Counted from the first letter of the stretch, positions 7,929 to 18,041 are shown. The stretch: DNA of 64,000 bases from Candidatus Dojkabacteria bacterium (GCA_016931155.1 JAFGFJ010000005.1:1547-65546); one strand, 5' to 3'. Notes: generated by a model not told the origin, from the sequence alone. Program-made: numbers and translations.

Positions 7929-9386
7929 TTAGTTAATCCACTTTCTTCCGTCTCTTCTTATTAGATCTTCTGCTTCATTAGGTCCCAAGGTGCCTTTTTC
8001 ATAGTTCGGGAAATTGGGCGGCGGCATCCTGTTCCACTCTTTTCTTATGTGATCAACGAATTCCCAGCTTGCCTCAATTTCATCATTTCTAACGAATAAA
8101 GTTGAATCACCTCTTATAATATCCAATATTAATGTTTCATAAGCATCAGGGATTTTTTCTTTAAATTCTTCTCTGTATTTAAGATCGAGGTTTGCAAGCT
8201 CGACCTTTTCCTTACCGGGGGTTTTGTTCAAAAGTTTGATCTCAATTCCCTCATCCGGCTGGATGTTATATGTGAGTGTATTGGCACAGTAGTCAGAGGA
8301 AATGAGAAGGTCTTCATCTCCCTTGAATTTGATAATAATTTTTGTCTGCTTTTCTTTAAGCTTTTTACCTGAACGAATGTATATTGGAACATTCTCCCAT
8401 CTTTCGTTTTCTATAAATAGCTTCATTGCTACGAATGTTTCTACATATGAGGACTTATCTACTCCTTTTTCTTCTCTGTATCCTTTGTACTGCCCTCTTA
8501 CAATATGCTCCCTGATTTCATCTTTTGAATAAAGTCTGAGGGATCGAATAATATCTGCTTTTTCGTTTCTAATGTGCTTCTCATCAAAATACTCAGGTTT
8601 CTCCATGGCAATGTGGGCAACCAGCTGGAGAGCATGATTTTGTATGATATCCCGGAGTGCACCGGCGTTTTCATAATATGTTCCTCTGCTTTCAAGACCT
8701 ATTGATTCGAGAATGGAAATCTGTACATGGTCGATAGACTTTTTGTCCCAGGATGTATCGAATGCCTGGTTTGCAAATCTAAAGAACAGGAGATTTTGAA
8801 CAGTTTCTTTGCCAAGGTAATGGTCGATCCTGTAAATTTGCTCCTCCTTAAATACTTTTTTTAGCTCTTTGTTCAAAATCTCCGCACTTTTAAGATCGTT
8901 TCCAAATGGCTTTTCCACTACAATCCGGGTATTTTTTCCTTCGCAGATACTTCGAAGCTTTGATGACTGTATATTCTGGATGATTGGATAATAGGCTTGA
9001 GCTGGGGTTGCAAGGTATAGAATAATTTCTGCATTGTAGTCAAACTTTTTTAAAAAACCCTCAATTTTTAGTGAAATTTCCTCGAAATCATTCCTTTCTG
9101 CAAAAAATCCCTGGTGATAAAAAATGTTTTTTGTAAATTTTTCCCACAATTTCCCTGTGTTTTTTCCATCTTTTTTTAATTTGGAATATAGACTTTTTCT
9201 ATATTCTGTGTCTGAGAGCGGTTTTCTGGAGAAACCCAGTATTTTGAAATTTTCTGGAAGAAGCTTCTGCCTGTACAAACTGAAAATAGCTGGTAAAAGT
9301 TTTCTGTGAGTCAAATCCCCTGCTCCACCAAAAATTACAAAGAAAACAGGAATGTCATTGATTTTGTTTTTGAGTAGTTCTATCAA
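7929..9386 (-). CDS. zwf: Glucose-6-phosphate 1-dehydrogenase
   Basis: N-terminal NADP-binding motif IFGGAGDLTHRKLLPAIF. Active-site signature RIDHYLGKE. Length 485 aa. Confidence 0.9.
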   Translation of the reverse strand: MIELLKNKINDIPVFFVIFGGAGDLTHRKLLPAIFSLYRQKLLPENFKILGFSRKPLSDTEYRKSLYSKLKKDGKNTGKLWEKFTKNIFYHQGFFAERNDFEEISLKIEGFLKKFDYNAEIILYLATPAQAYYPIIQNIQSSKLRSICEGKNTRIVVEKPFGNDLKSAEILNKELKKVFKEEQIYRIDHYLGKETVQNLLFFRFANQAFDTSWDKKSIDHVQISILESIGLESRGTYYENAGALRDIIQNHALQLVAHIAMEKPEYFDEKHIRNEKADIIRSLRLYSKDEIREHIVRGQYKGYREEKGVDKSSYVETFVAMKLFIENERWENVPIYIRSGKKLKEKQTKIIIKFKGDEDLLISSDYCANTLTYNIQPDEGIEIKLLNKTPGKEKVELANLDLKYREEFKEKIPDAYETLILDIIRGDSTLFVRNDEIEASWEFVDHIRKEWNRMPPPNFPNYEKGTLGPNEAEDLIRRDGRKWIN

Positions 9387-9456
9387 GATTAATTGAAAAC
9401 TTTGGACTAATCCAATATATTTAAATAAAGGTAATTAAGCAAGTAATGATTATTAG

Positions 9457-10377
9457 ATGTTTATGATGAAAATTGGCTTTGCAGGTCTCGGTAAAATGGG
9501 AAAAAACATGGCTTTGGCTTTAATGAGAAATGGTATCGAGGTCGTCGGGTATAATCGTTCTTCTGAGGTCACAAAAATGCTTATTAATAAAGGTATTATC
9601 CCTTCTTATTCTCTTGAAGAGCTTGTTTGCAAACTTGGAACAAACAGAAAAATTGTTTGGGTTATGGTATCCGAAGGAAAGCCCGTTAAAGAAGTTCTTT
9701 TTAATGAAAAAACCGGCCTGATAAATTTTCTTGAAAAGGGAGATATCGTGGTTGATGGGGGAAATTCTTTCTATGAAGACAGTATTGAAAATGCCGGGAA
9801 ACTCTCTGAAAAAGGAATTGTAATGCTCGATTGCGGTACCAGCGGTGGTCCCAAGGGGGCTTTAAACGGGCTTTCCTTAATGATAGGAGGAAGTAAAACA
9901 GCCTATAGCGAGCTCAAAGAGCTATGGGAGTCCCTGGCAGTAGAGGGTGGATATGGTCATGTTGGAGGAAGTGGTGCCGGTCACTTCGTCAAAATGGTTC
10001 ACAATGCTATCGAATATGGTTTCATGGAGGCTTTAGGTGAGGGTTTTGGTCTGCTGAAAGAATACAACGAAAAACTCGATCTTGAAAAAATAGCAAATAT
10101 CTGGTCAAACGGAAGCGTGATTGAGTCGAAACTTGTAAGACTTGCCGCTCTTGCCCTCTCGGATGAATCAAGTATATCTGAGCTGGATGCATATATTGAT
10201 GACAACAAAGAGGTTCGCTGGGCCCTTAAGGAAGCTATTACAAAAGAAATACCAATGACCGCTATAGCCTATTCACTTTTTGCACGCTACGACTCAAGAG
10301 GAAGAGATGCATTCGGTAAAAAACTGATTGCTGCCCTCCGAAAGGAATTTGGTGGTCACTCAGTTAGAAAACGATGA
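9457..10377 (+). CDS. gnd: 6-phosphogluconate dehydrogenase, short form (Gnd/YqeC-like)
   Basis: Rossmann motif GFAGLGKMGKNMALAL, plus the GGSGAGHFVKMVHNAIEYG 6PGDH core. Divergent from zwf. The start may be Met-4 (MKIGF). Confidence 0.85.
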   Translation: MFMMKIGFAGLGKMGKNMALALMRNGIEVVGYNRSSEVTKMLINKGIIPSYSLEELVCKLGTNRKIVWVMVSEGKPVKEVLFNEKTGLINFLEKGDIVVDGGNSFYEDSIENAGKLSEKGIVMLDCGTSGGPKGALNGLSLMIGGSKTAYSELKELWESLAVEGGYGHVGGSGAGHFVKMVHNAIEYGFMEALGEGFGLLKEYNEKLDLEKIANIWSNGSVIESKLVRLAALALSDESSISELDAYIDDNKEVRWALKEAITKEIPMTAIAYSLFARYDSRGRDAFGKKLIAALRKEFGGHSVRKR

Positions 10378-10485
10378 GGAACATCTGTAAATTTTTTGGG
10401 ATCCATCAATAATGTGTAGACGCTTTGTCGATTTTTTATATTGGATCACTTAAACTACCTGATAATAGCGATTTGTGTAGGAATA

Positions 10486-10992
10486 TTATAAATCCTCATT
10501 GACCAAGATGGTTTGAATAGTCTCAAGAATAACTATCTCTTCTGCTTTTGTAAATCTGTTTAGAACATAATCTTTTCCTGCGATTTTGTGCTCTCTGTTC
10601 TCTATTCCAAGCCTGAGCCTCCAGAATTCTGTTGTTTCCAGACTGTTTTCGACCGAGGCGATACCGTTGTGAACCTTTGGTCCTTTGTCTTTTTGCAGTT
10701 TATAATTCCCGAGGGGAATATCGAGGTCGTCATGAGCTACGACGATGCTTTCGGGACTGATTTTGTAGAAGTCCGCAATTTTTCTCACAGCGTTTCCCGA
10801 TTCATTCATAAAGGTTAAGGGCTTGCATACTACTAAATCTCCAAATTTAATGAATTCGTAGTTGTCCTTTTTCCTCCATTTCTTTCTTGCGTCTTTCTGT
10901 CTGGTAAAGTCTTCAATAAACATAAAACCGACATTATGACGGGTTTTTTCATACTCTTTTCCTGGATTTCCAAGTCCGACTATTAGTTTCAT
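10486..10992 (-). CDS. pth: Peptidyl-tRNA hydrolase
   Basis: Canonical N-terminus MKLIVGLGNPGKEYEKTRHNVGF with the catalytic His region. Length 168 aa. Confidence 0.9.
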   Translation of the reverse strand: MKLIVGLGNPGKEYEKTRHNVGFMFIEDFTRQKDARKKWRKKDNYEFIKFGDLVVCKPLTFMNESGNAVRKIADFYKISPESIVVAHDDLDIPLGNYKLQKDKGPKVHNGIASVENSLETTEFWRLRLGIENREHKIAGKDYVLNRFTKAEEIVILETIQTILVNEDL

Positions 10993-10998
10993 ATAATT

Positions 10999-11196
10999 TT
11001 ATTTACAAAAAATGTTCCTCATAGGGGTCAACTTATGAAGTCTTGCATTTAGCTTCTTTCTGAATTCAAAGACTTTACCACCGAAATCATCTGCCTTAAA
11101 TGGTCTGACTTTGTACTTCTTGAGATCAATCTCCATAGGGAGTTCCTGTGCTTTAGTCAACCGAAGTGAGTCATTAATTTCAATATAAGCTCGCAT
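10999..11196 (-). CDS. Hypothetical small protein, 65 aa, tightly packed between gatA and pth
   Basis: Gaps of 6-8 nt to both neighbours suggest a real operon member. No family recognised. Confidence 0.35.
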   Translation of the reverse strand: MRAYIEINDSLRLTKAQELPMEIDLKKYKVRPFKADDFGGKVFEFRKKLNARLHKLTPMRNIFCK

Positions 11197-11203
11197 TTTG
11201 AAT

Positions 11204-12685
11204 TTATAAATCTAATTCCGGCATTTTCTCGTGCCAGTCTGTTTTCCCTTGATAAGAATGAGCGAGTTTCAATATTAACTCCTCGCTAAACTGTGGACCA
11301 AGAATTTGGACACCGACAGGCAAATGCTTTTTCCCTTCCTCATCTTTTATGTGTGCGGCAGGAAAAGATACTCCCGGAATACCTGCAATATTTGCTGTAA
11401 CTGTAAAAACGTCAGCAAGATACATTGCAAGTGGATCGTCTGCTTTTTCCCCAATCTCAAATGGAAGCGTTGGGCTTACTGGCGTGAGTACAACGTCGAC
11501 CTCACTAAATACCTTTTCGAAATCTTTTCTGACCAGCGTTCTTACCTTCATTGCTTTTTTATAATAGGCGTCGTAATAGCCTGCCGAAAGAGTGTAAGTC
11601 CCAAGCATGATCCTTCTTTTTACTTCCGGTTCAAAAAATTCCATTCTGCTCTCCAGAAGCCTTTCTGCATATCCCTCCCCTTTTTCCATTCCGAATCTCA
11701 AGGAATCGTATCTGGCCATATTGGAGCTGATTTCTGATGGTACAATAATGTAGTAAACTGCTAAAGCATATTTTGTGTAGGGAAGTGAAACCTTTCTAAT
11801 CTCAGCTCCGAGTGATCTAAAAAATTCAGCAGTTTCAATTGTTGCCTTTTCTATATTCTTATCAAGTCCTTCAATAAAATATTCCTTCGGAAGTCCGATT
11901 TTTATTTTACTAAAATCAACTTTTTTGGAAAGTTCTTTGAAATAATCCGGAGTTGAACGTTGCGAGCTCGTTGAATCTTTTTCATCATTCCCGGACATAA
12001 TGCTCTCAACAATAGCTGTATCCTCCATACTTTTAGCTAGAACTCCAGGAGTATCAAGAGATGAGCCCATGGCGAAAAGTCCGTACCTGGAGTTTCTTCC
12101 ATATGTGACTTTGAGTCCCGAAACACCGCAAAATGCCGCTGGTTGTCTTATAGAGCCTCCGGTATCTGACCCGATTGAGTAGTACCCCACTCTTGCCGCA
12201 ACCACTGCGGCTGAGCCTCCTGACGATCCACCAGGTACTCTTTTTCTGTCCCACGGATTTCTAACCGGGCCGTATCCCGAGTTTTCGTTTGAAGCTCCAA
12301 ATGCGAAAGGGTCACAGTTTGTCTTTCCGATCATTACTGCGCCTGCATCAAACAATTTTTGAATTACAGTAGCAGTGTATACCGGAATGTAATTATCAAG
12401 AGCTTTTGAACCAGCGGTGGTCCGTATACCTTTTGTTGAAAACACGTCTTTTACACTGAAAGGAATACCGGTGAGAATTGTGATATTTTTCCCACTTTTT
12501 ATTCTTTTGTCAGCTTCCTCAGCCTGTTTTACAGCAAACTCGTTGGTAATTGTTGTGAAAGCATTGTGTGTTTTATTAAATTTCTCTGCTCTTTCCAGAT
12601 GAAACTTGCAAAGCTCGACAGCAGAAATTTCTCCTGCTATGAGCTTTTCATGAACTTCTTTTATTGATAATTTTTCAAGATTCAT
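11204..12685 (-). CDS. gatA: Glutamyl-tRNA(Gln) amidotransferase subunit A (amidase signature family)
   Basis: Amidase signature GGSSGGSAAVVAA with the Ser-cisSer-Lys catalytic region. Length 493 aa. gatC lies upstream. Confidence 0.9.
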   Translation of the reverse strand: MNLEKLSIKEVHEKLIAGEISAVELCKFHLERAEKFNKTHNAFTTITNEFAVKQAEEADKRIKSGKNITILTGIPFSVKDVFSTKGIRTTAGSKALDNYIPVYTATVIQKLFDAGAVMIGKTNCDPFAFGASNENSGYGPVRNPWDRKRVPGGSSGGSAAVVAARVGYYSIGSDTGGSIRQPAAFCGVSGLKVTYGRNSRYGLFAMGSSLDTPGVLAKSMEDTAIVESIMSGNDEKDSTSSQRSTPDYFKELSKKVDFSKIKIGLPKEYFIEGLDKNIEKATIETAEFFRSLGAEIRKVSLPYTKYALAVYYIIVPSEISSNMARYDSLRFGMEKGEGYAERLLESRMEFFEPEVKRRIMLGTYTLSAGYYDAYYKKAMKVRTLVRKDFEKVFSEVDVVLTPVSPTLPFEIGEKADDPLAMYLADVFTVTANIAGIPGVSFPAAHIKDEEGKKHLPVGVQILGPQFSEELILKLAHSYQGKTDWHEKMPELDL

Positions 12686-12726
12686 TTTTCCGTCTTAGTA
12701 CGTTTTTAATGTTTATATTTTTAATT

Positions 12727-12826
12727 TTCTCTTTCCAATCTTATATATTTTCAGTCTTTATGTTTTCAGTCTTCTCTTTCCAATCTTATATATTTTCAGT
12801 CTTATTTTTTCAGTCTTCACTTTCCA
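12727..12826. repeat. Tandem direct repeats in the gatC-gatA spacer: a 32-nt unit ttctctttccaatcttatatattttcagtctt in 2 copies, plus an 11-nt sub-repeat ttttcagtctt in 4 copies
   Basis: Read directly. Copies of the long unit are at 12727-12758 and 12773-12804. Confidence 0.6.
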
Positions 12827-12835
12827 TCTATTAAT

Positions 12836-13135
12836 TTATTTTTTTGTCACAAAATAACCCCTCGCCTTATTTTTAGTATTTGAAAGAGCCTCACTCTGCG
12901 GTAAGGATGAACTGTCTATATCTTTTCTTTTTCTATTTGAAATATCTGTTACCTGTGAAGTCTCTTTCACATCTGAAGTGTCGATCTCGTTCAGGATATC
13001 TACGTAACTCAGAATAGAATTCAGTTCTTTTTCATATTTCTCAATGTCATTTTTGCTGAGTTTGATGTGCGCAAGGAAAGCTGTATGTTTTATATCTTCT
13101 TGAGTGAGTTTTTTCATTATTGATCTGTATAACAA
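12836..13135 (-). CDS. gatC: Glutamyl-tRNA(Gln) amidotransferase subunit C
   Basis: GatC-like N-terminus LTQEDIKHTAFLAHIKLSKNDIEKYEKELNSILSYVDILNEIDTSDV. Positioned directly upstream of gatA. Confidence 0.7.
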   Translation of the reverse strand: MLYRSIMKKLTQEDIKHTAFLAHIKLSKNDIEKYEKELNSILSYVDILNEIDTSDVKETSQVTDISNRKRKDIDSSSLPQSEALSNTKNKARGYFVTKK

Positions 13136-13146
13136 GAATGCGATGG

Positions 13147-13258
13147 ATCATTATTAGAAATCAACAACTAGCAACAATCAATCATTAATCAACAACTAGC
13201 AACAATCAATCATTAATCAACAACCAGCAACAATCAATCATTAATCAACAACCAGCAA
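13147..13258. repeat. 28-nt tandem repeat with unit atcattaatcaacaac[t/c]agcaacaatca, about 4 copies, upstream of gatC
   Basis: Period 28. Copies begin at 13147 (degenerate), 13181, 13209 and 13237. Confidence 0.65.
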
Positions 13259-13452
13259 TGTGTCACATCCAGCTTCGTAAGAGTATAACCTATATTTACA
13301 GAAAAGTAGAAGTGCTCAAAGAAGTCTCTCGAGGCATTCATATAGAAAGGACTTTTACATCATTCACTCTACGATCACAAGCATACAGAAAACAATATCC
13401 GTAAATATTCAGTAGAACTCATGTGAAGACTAATAAAGTATGATCTTTGAAA

Positions 13453-13746
13453 TTATTGCTTGGAAGTTTCTTTCTTTGCTGCTTTTCCGGGAAGAATGTC
13501 AACTGCTTTTTTACCTCTTTTTACCCCAGTCATATTTCTAAAAAAAACAACACCATCTGTTTTAGCAAACAAAGTGTAATCTTTGCCCAAACCTGTGTTT
13601 TTACCTGCCATAAATTTTGTTCCTTTTTGTCTGACGATGATTTCTCCAGCATTAACTGTCTCTCCGCTAAAACGTTTAACCCCCAACCTTTTTCCTGCTA
13701 CATTTACTGTTCTTTTTGCCGCTCCCTGTGATTTTGTATGTGCCAT
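13453..13746 (-). CDS. rpmA: 50S ribosomal protein L27
   Basis: [26 protein letters not shown]...[19 protein letters not shown] matches the L27 consensus. Confidence 0.9.
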   Translation of the reverse strand: MAHTKSQGAAKRTVNVAGKRLGVKRFSGETVNAGEIIVRQKGTKFMAGKNTGLGKDYTLFAKTDGVVFFRNMTGVKRGKKAVDILPGKAAKKETSKQ

Positions 13747-13755
13747 AATGAAATA

Positions 13756-14076
13756 TTAGATCTTAGTAATCTTAATTTTTGTTAATAGTGCTCTGTTTCC
13801 AACTACCCTTCTCGTTCTGGCTTTTGCTTTATATGTTCTTGTTGTAACTTTCTCTCCTTTTGTTTGTTCTAAAATCTCTGCTTCTACTACCTCTCCTTTC
13901 ACAGTTGGCTTTCCCACCTGAATTTCCCCTCCCTTACTACTAAGAAGAACCTCGTCAAATTTGAGTTTATCCTTTTCCTTTCCATCGATTTTGTTCACAA
14001 GAATCTCCTGACCTATGGAGACTTTTTCCTGAGAATTTTTTATTTTTACTATTACAAAGTCTTTCTTTTCTTTCAT
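13756..14076 (-). CDS. rplU: 50S ribosomal protein L21
   Basis: L21-like KGEKV...RTRR...IKITKI C-terminus. Lies immediately upstream of rpmA in the conserved rplU-rpmA order. Confidence 0.8.
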   Translation of the reverse strand: MKEKKDFVIVKIKNSQEKVSIGQEILVNKIDGKEKDKLKFDEVLLSSKGGEIQVGKPTVKGEVVEAEILEQTKGEKVTTRTYKAKARTRRVVGNRALLTKIKITKI

Positions 14077-14133
14077 TAACCGAGTGTAAAATAACTTTTC
14101 AAAAAGGTTGTTATATCTGGAAAACCATGGGGA

Positions 14134-15591
14134 TTACTCTCTCCAAGGCGCTTCTGATACTACCATTAAGTGCTCGCTACTGTCAACGGCGCTTGTGCTT
14201 GTAGCTATGCTCTGAACAATCCCAAGAGCGATCAGATTAACAAGCACAGAACTTCCTCCGTAACTTACGAGAGGTAGAGGAATGCCAGTGACGGGAAGTT
14301 TTCCGAGATTCATTCCAATATTTATAAAAATGTGCAGTATCAGCATTGTAGCTACTCCGATACAAGCAGTTGTTCCAAAACTGTCCTTTGTGTGTGTAGC
14401 AACCCACAAAACTCTTGAAACCAAAATTGCAAACAACAGAAGTACAAAAGAACAGCCAACAAGTCCGAACTGCTCGCCAAGGGCAGCAAATATGAAATCT
14501 GTATGTGCAAAAGGTAGGAATCTCAATCTACTCTGTGTACCCTGTAAGAAACCCCTACCCCAAAGTCTGCCGGAGCCAATTGCAATCTTAGACTGGTTTA
14601 CCTGCCAACCCGAACCTTGCACATCTTTTTCAGGATTAAAAAATGTCTCGATCCTCTGTCTCTGGTATTCGGTTAGAACTTTGTTATTAAATTCATTTAC
14701 AGCAGGAACAACAAGTAATGAAATAGTCAGGCACAAAGGGACTAAAAAAATCTTGAGTCGGGTAAAGGATAAAAGGAAAGCTACAGAAAGCAAAGATATT
14801 ATAATGATGCCAAGGTCATATCCGTTTACAATCAAATTGATGCCAATTGTCTGATATAGTTCCTGGAAAGTGAAAAGTTTCCAAATAGCTGTAGTAGAAA
14901 GCAATGTAATTATCAGGAAAGCAAAAATTTTGGATTGTCCTGGAATAACGGCGAAAATAAGTGATATCCATATTAAAAAGACAATCACTGAACTTCCAAA
15001 TGCCGGTTGTATAAAAATCAGATAGATTATTGGTATGGTAAGAACAAGACTTATCAGTATTTTTCCGGCTATCCCGTCTTTGTTGAGTTCTTTAAAAAAA
15101 TTACTAATGTTAAGTTTTGTCTTCTTTATGTAGATTCCTTTTGTTTTTGATTTTTTTTCTGTATCCCATTTTATTACTCCGCCAATTTTTTGTTTATCTG
15201 AACCTATGAAAATACCTGCCGTCAGGATTATTATCACGAGTTTTGAAAATTCGGATGGTTGAATATTTATAAAGCCAATATTTATCCAGCGCCTGGCATT
15301 GTTTACCGGATCAGTGAATAGTACAAATATAAGAAGAGCAATAATTAAGATGTACAATAATAATTGAACCTTTCTGATTTTCAGCCATGAAAAGTCAAAA
15401 GATACGAGTAGAAAGTATATTCCAAGTCCAAGAATAATAAAGGCAAGTTGTTTTGTAAGAGAACCTGCTCCTTCCGGGATAGTCTTCGCATTGAATGTGG
15501 TCGAATAAATCAGGATAGTTCCAATTAAGAGAAGAAGCAGTGTTACGGCTGTCATGAGCCAATCCTGATTTTTAAACCTTAAAAAGTTCAT
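14134..15591 (-). CDS. SEDS-family peptidoglycan glycosyltransferase (FtsW/RodA), with a Lys-rich insertion
   Basis: Ten or more TM helices. C-terminal SEDS motif PLVSYGGSSVLVNLIALGIV. A K-rich insert (~KWDTEKKSKTKGIYIKKTK) sits mid-protein. Confidence 0.8.
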   Translation of the reverse strand: MNFLRFKNQDWLMTAVTLLLLLIGTILIYSTTFNAKTIPEGAGSLTKQLAFIILGLGIYFLLVSFDFSWLKIRKVQLLLYILIIALLIFVLFTDPVNNARRWINIGFINIQPSEFSKLVIIILTAGIFIGSDKQKIGGVIKWDTEKKSKTKGIYIKKTKLNISNFFKELNKDGIAGKILISLVLTIPIIYLIFIQPAFGSSVIVFLIWISLIFAVIPGQSKIFAFLIITLLSTTAIWKLFTFQELYQTIGINLIVNGYDLGIIIISLLSVAFLLSFTRLKIFLVPLCLTISLLVVPAVNEFNNKVLTEYQRQRIETFFNPEKDVQGSGWQVNQSKIAIGSGRLWGRGFLQGTQSRLRFLPFAHTDFIFAALGEQFGLVGCSFVLLLFAILVSRVLWVATHTKDSFGTTACIGVATMLILHIFINIGMNLGKLPVTGIPLPLVSYGGSSVLVNLIALGIVQSIATSTSAVDSSEHLMVVSEAPWRE

Positions 15592-15609
15592 TACATTTCT
15601 TTGAAAAAT

Positions 15610-16560
15610 TTATGAAGCAAATGATTGTAAATAGTATTCGGAAATAAGGTAAGTGAAGTATATCACCAAGAGAACTACGCCTTCCAGCCTGGAGAGTTCT
15701 TTTTTACTATGCATGAAGATGTTAAAAAGAACGAGGATTATGAGAAGGAACAAAAAGCTTAGTCTTATATCATAAATAGCTTCCAGGTACATGGGTCTAA
15801 TTATTGCTGCAACACCAATGACAAGGGCTGCATTCGTTACTACTCCTCCCATCAAGTCCCCCACTGCTATCTGCTTGTGGTTTTTGCTAATTGCAGCAAG
15901 ATTGAAAAACAATTCAGGAAAGGAAGTCCCGCTAGATATTAGTATGAGACCAACAAAGATAAGTGAAATGTCTAGGGTATCAGCGAAAACAATAGCTGAA
16001 TCCACCAGTGTGTAAGCTCCAATTATTAGTAGAGCTATGCATAATGCAGAAATTAGCATTTGGAGAACAAAATGTCCTGTTGTTTTGTGTTCGTTCTTAT
16101 ATTTAAATTGCTTGTTTTGTTTTATAACTGTGAATACATGCCAACCATAGATGACTAAAAGGATTATTCCATCTGCTCTTGAAATGCTTCCATCAGCACT
16201 AAGGAGCAAAAGCAATACTGTGATTATTGTCATATAAGTAACGTCGCTTCTTTTGAGAATATTACTTACCGGGATTCCTTTGGAAAGAATAGCAGTTATT
16301 CCCATAACGAAACTCAGGTTTACAATATTTGATCCAATTACTACCGTGTATGCCAGGCTTGACACTCCCTCAATTGCAGAAGTGATTCCGACAAACAGTT
16401 CTGGAAGGGATGTCGCCAGTGCCAGAAGTAAGAAGCTAACTGCAAATTCGCTGATTTTTAGATATTTACTTACCTTTACAAGCGATCTCACCAGGAGATT
16501 TGCCGCAACAACAAGCACCAGACAACTCAATATAATTTTAGCGATTACAAGTGAAATCAT
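15610..16560 (-). CDS. CaCA-family Na+/Ca2+ (cation) antiporter
   Basis: Two alpha-repeat signatures, GTSLPELFVGITSA and GTSFPELFFNLAAI, in a polytopic membrane protein. Confidence 0.75.
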   Translation of the reverse strand: MISLVIAKIILSCLVLVVAANLLVRSLVKVSKYLKISEFAVSFLLLALATSLPELFVGITSAIEGVSSLAYTVVIGSNIVNLSFVMGITAILSKGIPVSNILKRSDVTYMTIITVLLLLLSADGSISRADGIILLVIYGWHVFTVIKQNKQFKYKNEHKTTGHFVLQMLISALCIALLIIGAYTLVDSAIVFADTLDISLIFVGLILISSGTSFPELFFNLAAISKNHKQIAVGDLMGGVVTNAALVIGVAAIIRPMYLEAIYDIRLSFLFLLIILVLFNIFMHSKKELSRLEGVVLLVIYFTYLISEYYLQSFAS

Positions 16561-16669
16561 GTCATCATAATTTAGCGTAAAAGAATACTTACGGCAAACG
16601 GTTTCCTTTGTTTGTATCCGTTATTCCCTATTTGTCTTGGTCAGTGAACATACTCAAAGCCAGAAAGTC

Positions 16670-17827
16670 TTAGAAAAACTTGCTGATGAAGTTCAGCCAT
16701 AAAGTAATAGTAAGAAATAATAAAGCTCCTATGCTCACTATAGACATAAGCCCGAAGCCAAGAAGAAAGATTAATCTGTTTTTATTATTGCCTACTCTTT
16801 CCCCTCTCAGAAAATTCAAAAGGGTTTTTATACTCCTTGACTTGAGTTTAGGCTCGTCCAGCAGGTCAATCAAAATATAATAACCGTCAAATTCAACAAA
16901 TGGAATTAGATTAATTGCAAAAGAAAAAAAGTTGACTGTTAACATCTGAAAAAGTAAGTACTGAAGCGATATGTCTCTGACAAAAACCGATATCATTGCA
17001 CAAATACCTCCAACAAATAAATTAGAAACAATACCTGCAGATGAAATTGCTATTCGTTGTTTCTTTGGCAGTGACCATGCATTAGTTGTATCGGCGTAAA
17101 ACACCGGGTAACCCAAAAAGAATAATACTCCGACTGAACGAATTGGGAGGTTGTATTTCTTTGCGGTCAAAGCATGAGCTGATTCATGGATGAATATTGA
17201 GATCATATTAATGATAAGTACTGTTAAAAAATTGTTGAGTAACGTATCCCCTGGATTGATGAATGTAATTTTGCAATTAGTTGAGCATAAAAATAATCCT
17301 GAAATAGCTATAGCAGCAACGGAGAGAAAAATTTGCCTATTAAAAATAAATTTTCTCAGTATTTTGTATAAGAAGGAATAAAATTTGTCGGCAGAGCCGA
17401 AATCAAGTTTGAATATAAGAACTCTAAATAATTTTCTAACGAATCCGGTTAATCTTTGGTCTGTTTTTTTTGTTCTTTTTTCTATCAAATTATAAATATC
17501 TTTTTCTACTGGCTCTATTAGTCCAATCGTAAGCCAATGTTTAATTAGCTTATCTATGTAGTCTGTGCCCAGTTTACTAAAGGTCTGGAAATATAGACTG
17601 TTGAGTTCTTTAATATCGATTCCAGCAGTAATAGACTCAAAAACAAAGGCTTCATGACTCTCAAGCAGTATGCTGTCTTCATTTTTTCTCAAAACAATAA
17701 GTGGGAATTTTTTTTCACCCGATTCTTTGGTCTCAGACTGGTTAATTATTAGCTCTACTTCACCAGCTAACCTGTATTTTTTCTGGATGTTTTCCAGATG
17801 TGATTCTATTATGTCTCGTGAGCTCAT
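16670..17827 (-). CDS. M50-family (site-2 protease-like) intramembrane zinc metalloprotease with a ~170-aa N-terminal cytoplasmic domain
   Basis: HExxH within a TM helix (IFIHESAHAL) and the S2P NxxPxxxxDG motif (NLIPFVEFDGYY). Confidence 0.7.
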   Translation of the reverse strand: MSSRDIIESHLENIQKKYRLAGEVELIINQSETKESGEKKFPLIVLRKNEDSILLESHEAFVFESITAGIDIKELNSLYFQTFSKLGTDYIDKLIKHWLTIGLIEPVEKDIYNLIEKRTKKTDQRLTGFVRKLFRVLIFKLDFGSADKFYSFLYKILRKFIFNRQIFLSVAAIAISGLFLCSTNCKITFINPGDTLLNNFLTVLIINMISIFIHESAHALTAKKYNLPIRSVGVLFFLGYPVFYADTTNAWSLPKKQRIAISSAGIVSNLFVGGICAMISVFVRDISLQYLLFQMLTVNFFSFAINLIPFVEFDGYYILIDLLDEPKLKSRSIKTLLNFLRGERVGNNKNRLIFLLGFGLMSIVSIGALLFLTITLWLNFISKFF

Positions 17828-17828
17828 A

Positions 17829-18041
17829 CTACTCCAGTTCGGGGATGGTTATTGGTTTTGGTGTGGGATGGCATTTGCCACACCAGGAAGCGTCTTCAAC
17901 TATCATAGCTTTTGGAAAGTCATTGTCCTCATCGTAAGTACTAAGTATGTAGGGCTTGAAATGCCTGTGATTTTCGCAGATAATCCTTCCACAAAACTTA
18001 CAAATGAAGGATGCTTCTCTTTCGCACAGACTGCACTTCAT
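17829..18041 (-). CDS. Small Cys-rich zinc-ribbon protein, 70 aa, immediately upstream of the M50 protease
   Basis: CxxC...CxxC...H.H...CxxCH arrangement (MKCSLCEREASFICKFCGRIICENHRH...WCGKCHP). A 1-nt gap separates it from the protease start. Confidence 0.45.
   Translation of the reverse strand: MKCSLCEREASFICKFCGRIICENHRHFKPYILSTYDEDNDFPKAMIVEDASWCGKCHPTPKPITIPELE

Noticed and set aside
10999-11196. Idea that the 65-aa ORF between gatA and pth is a truncated gatB or ribosomal protein L25
   Set aside because: The sequence does not resemble the GatB C-terminus or the L25/Ctc N-terminus. Kept only as a low-confidence hypothetical.
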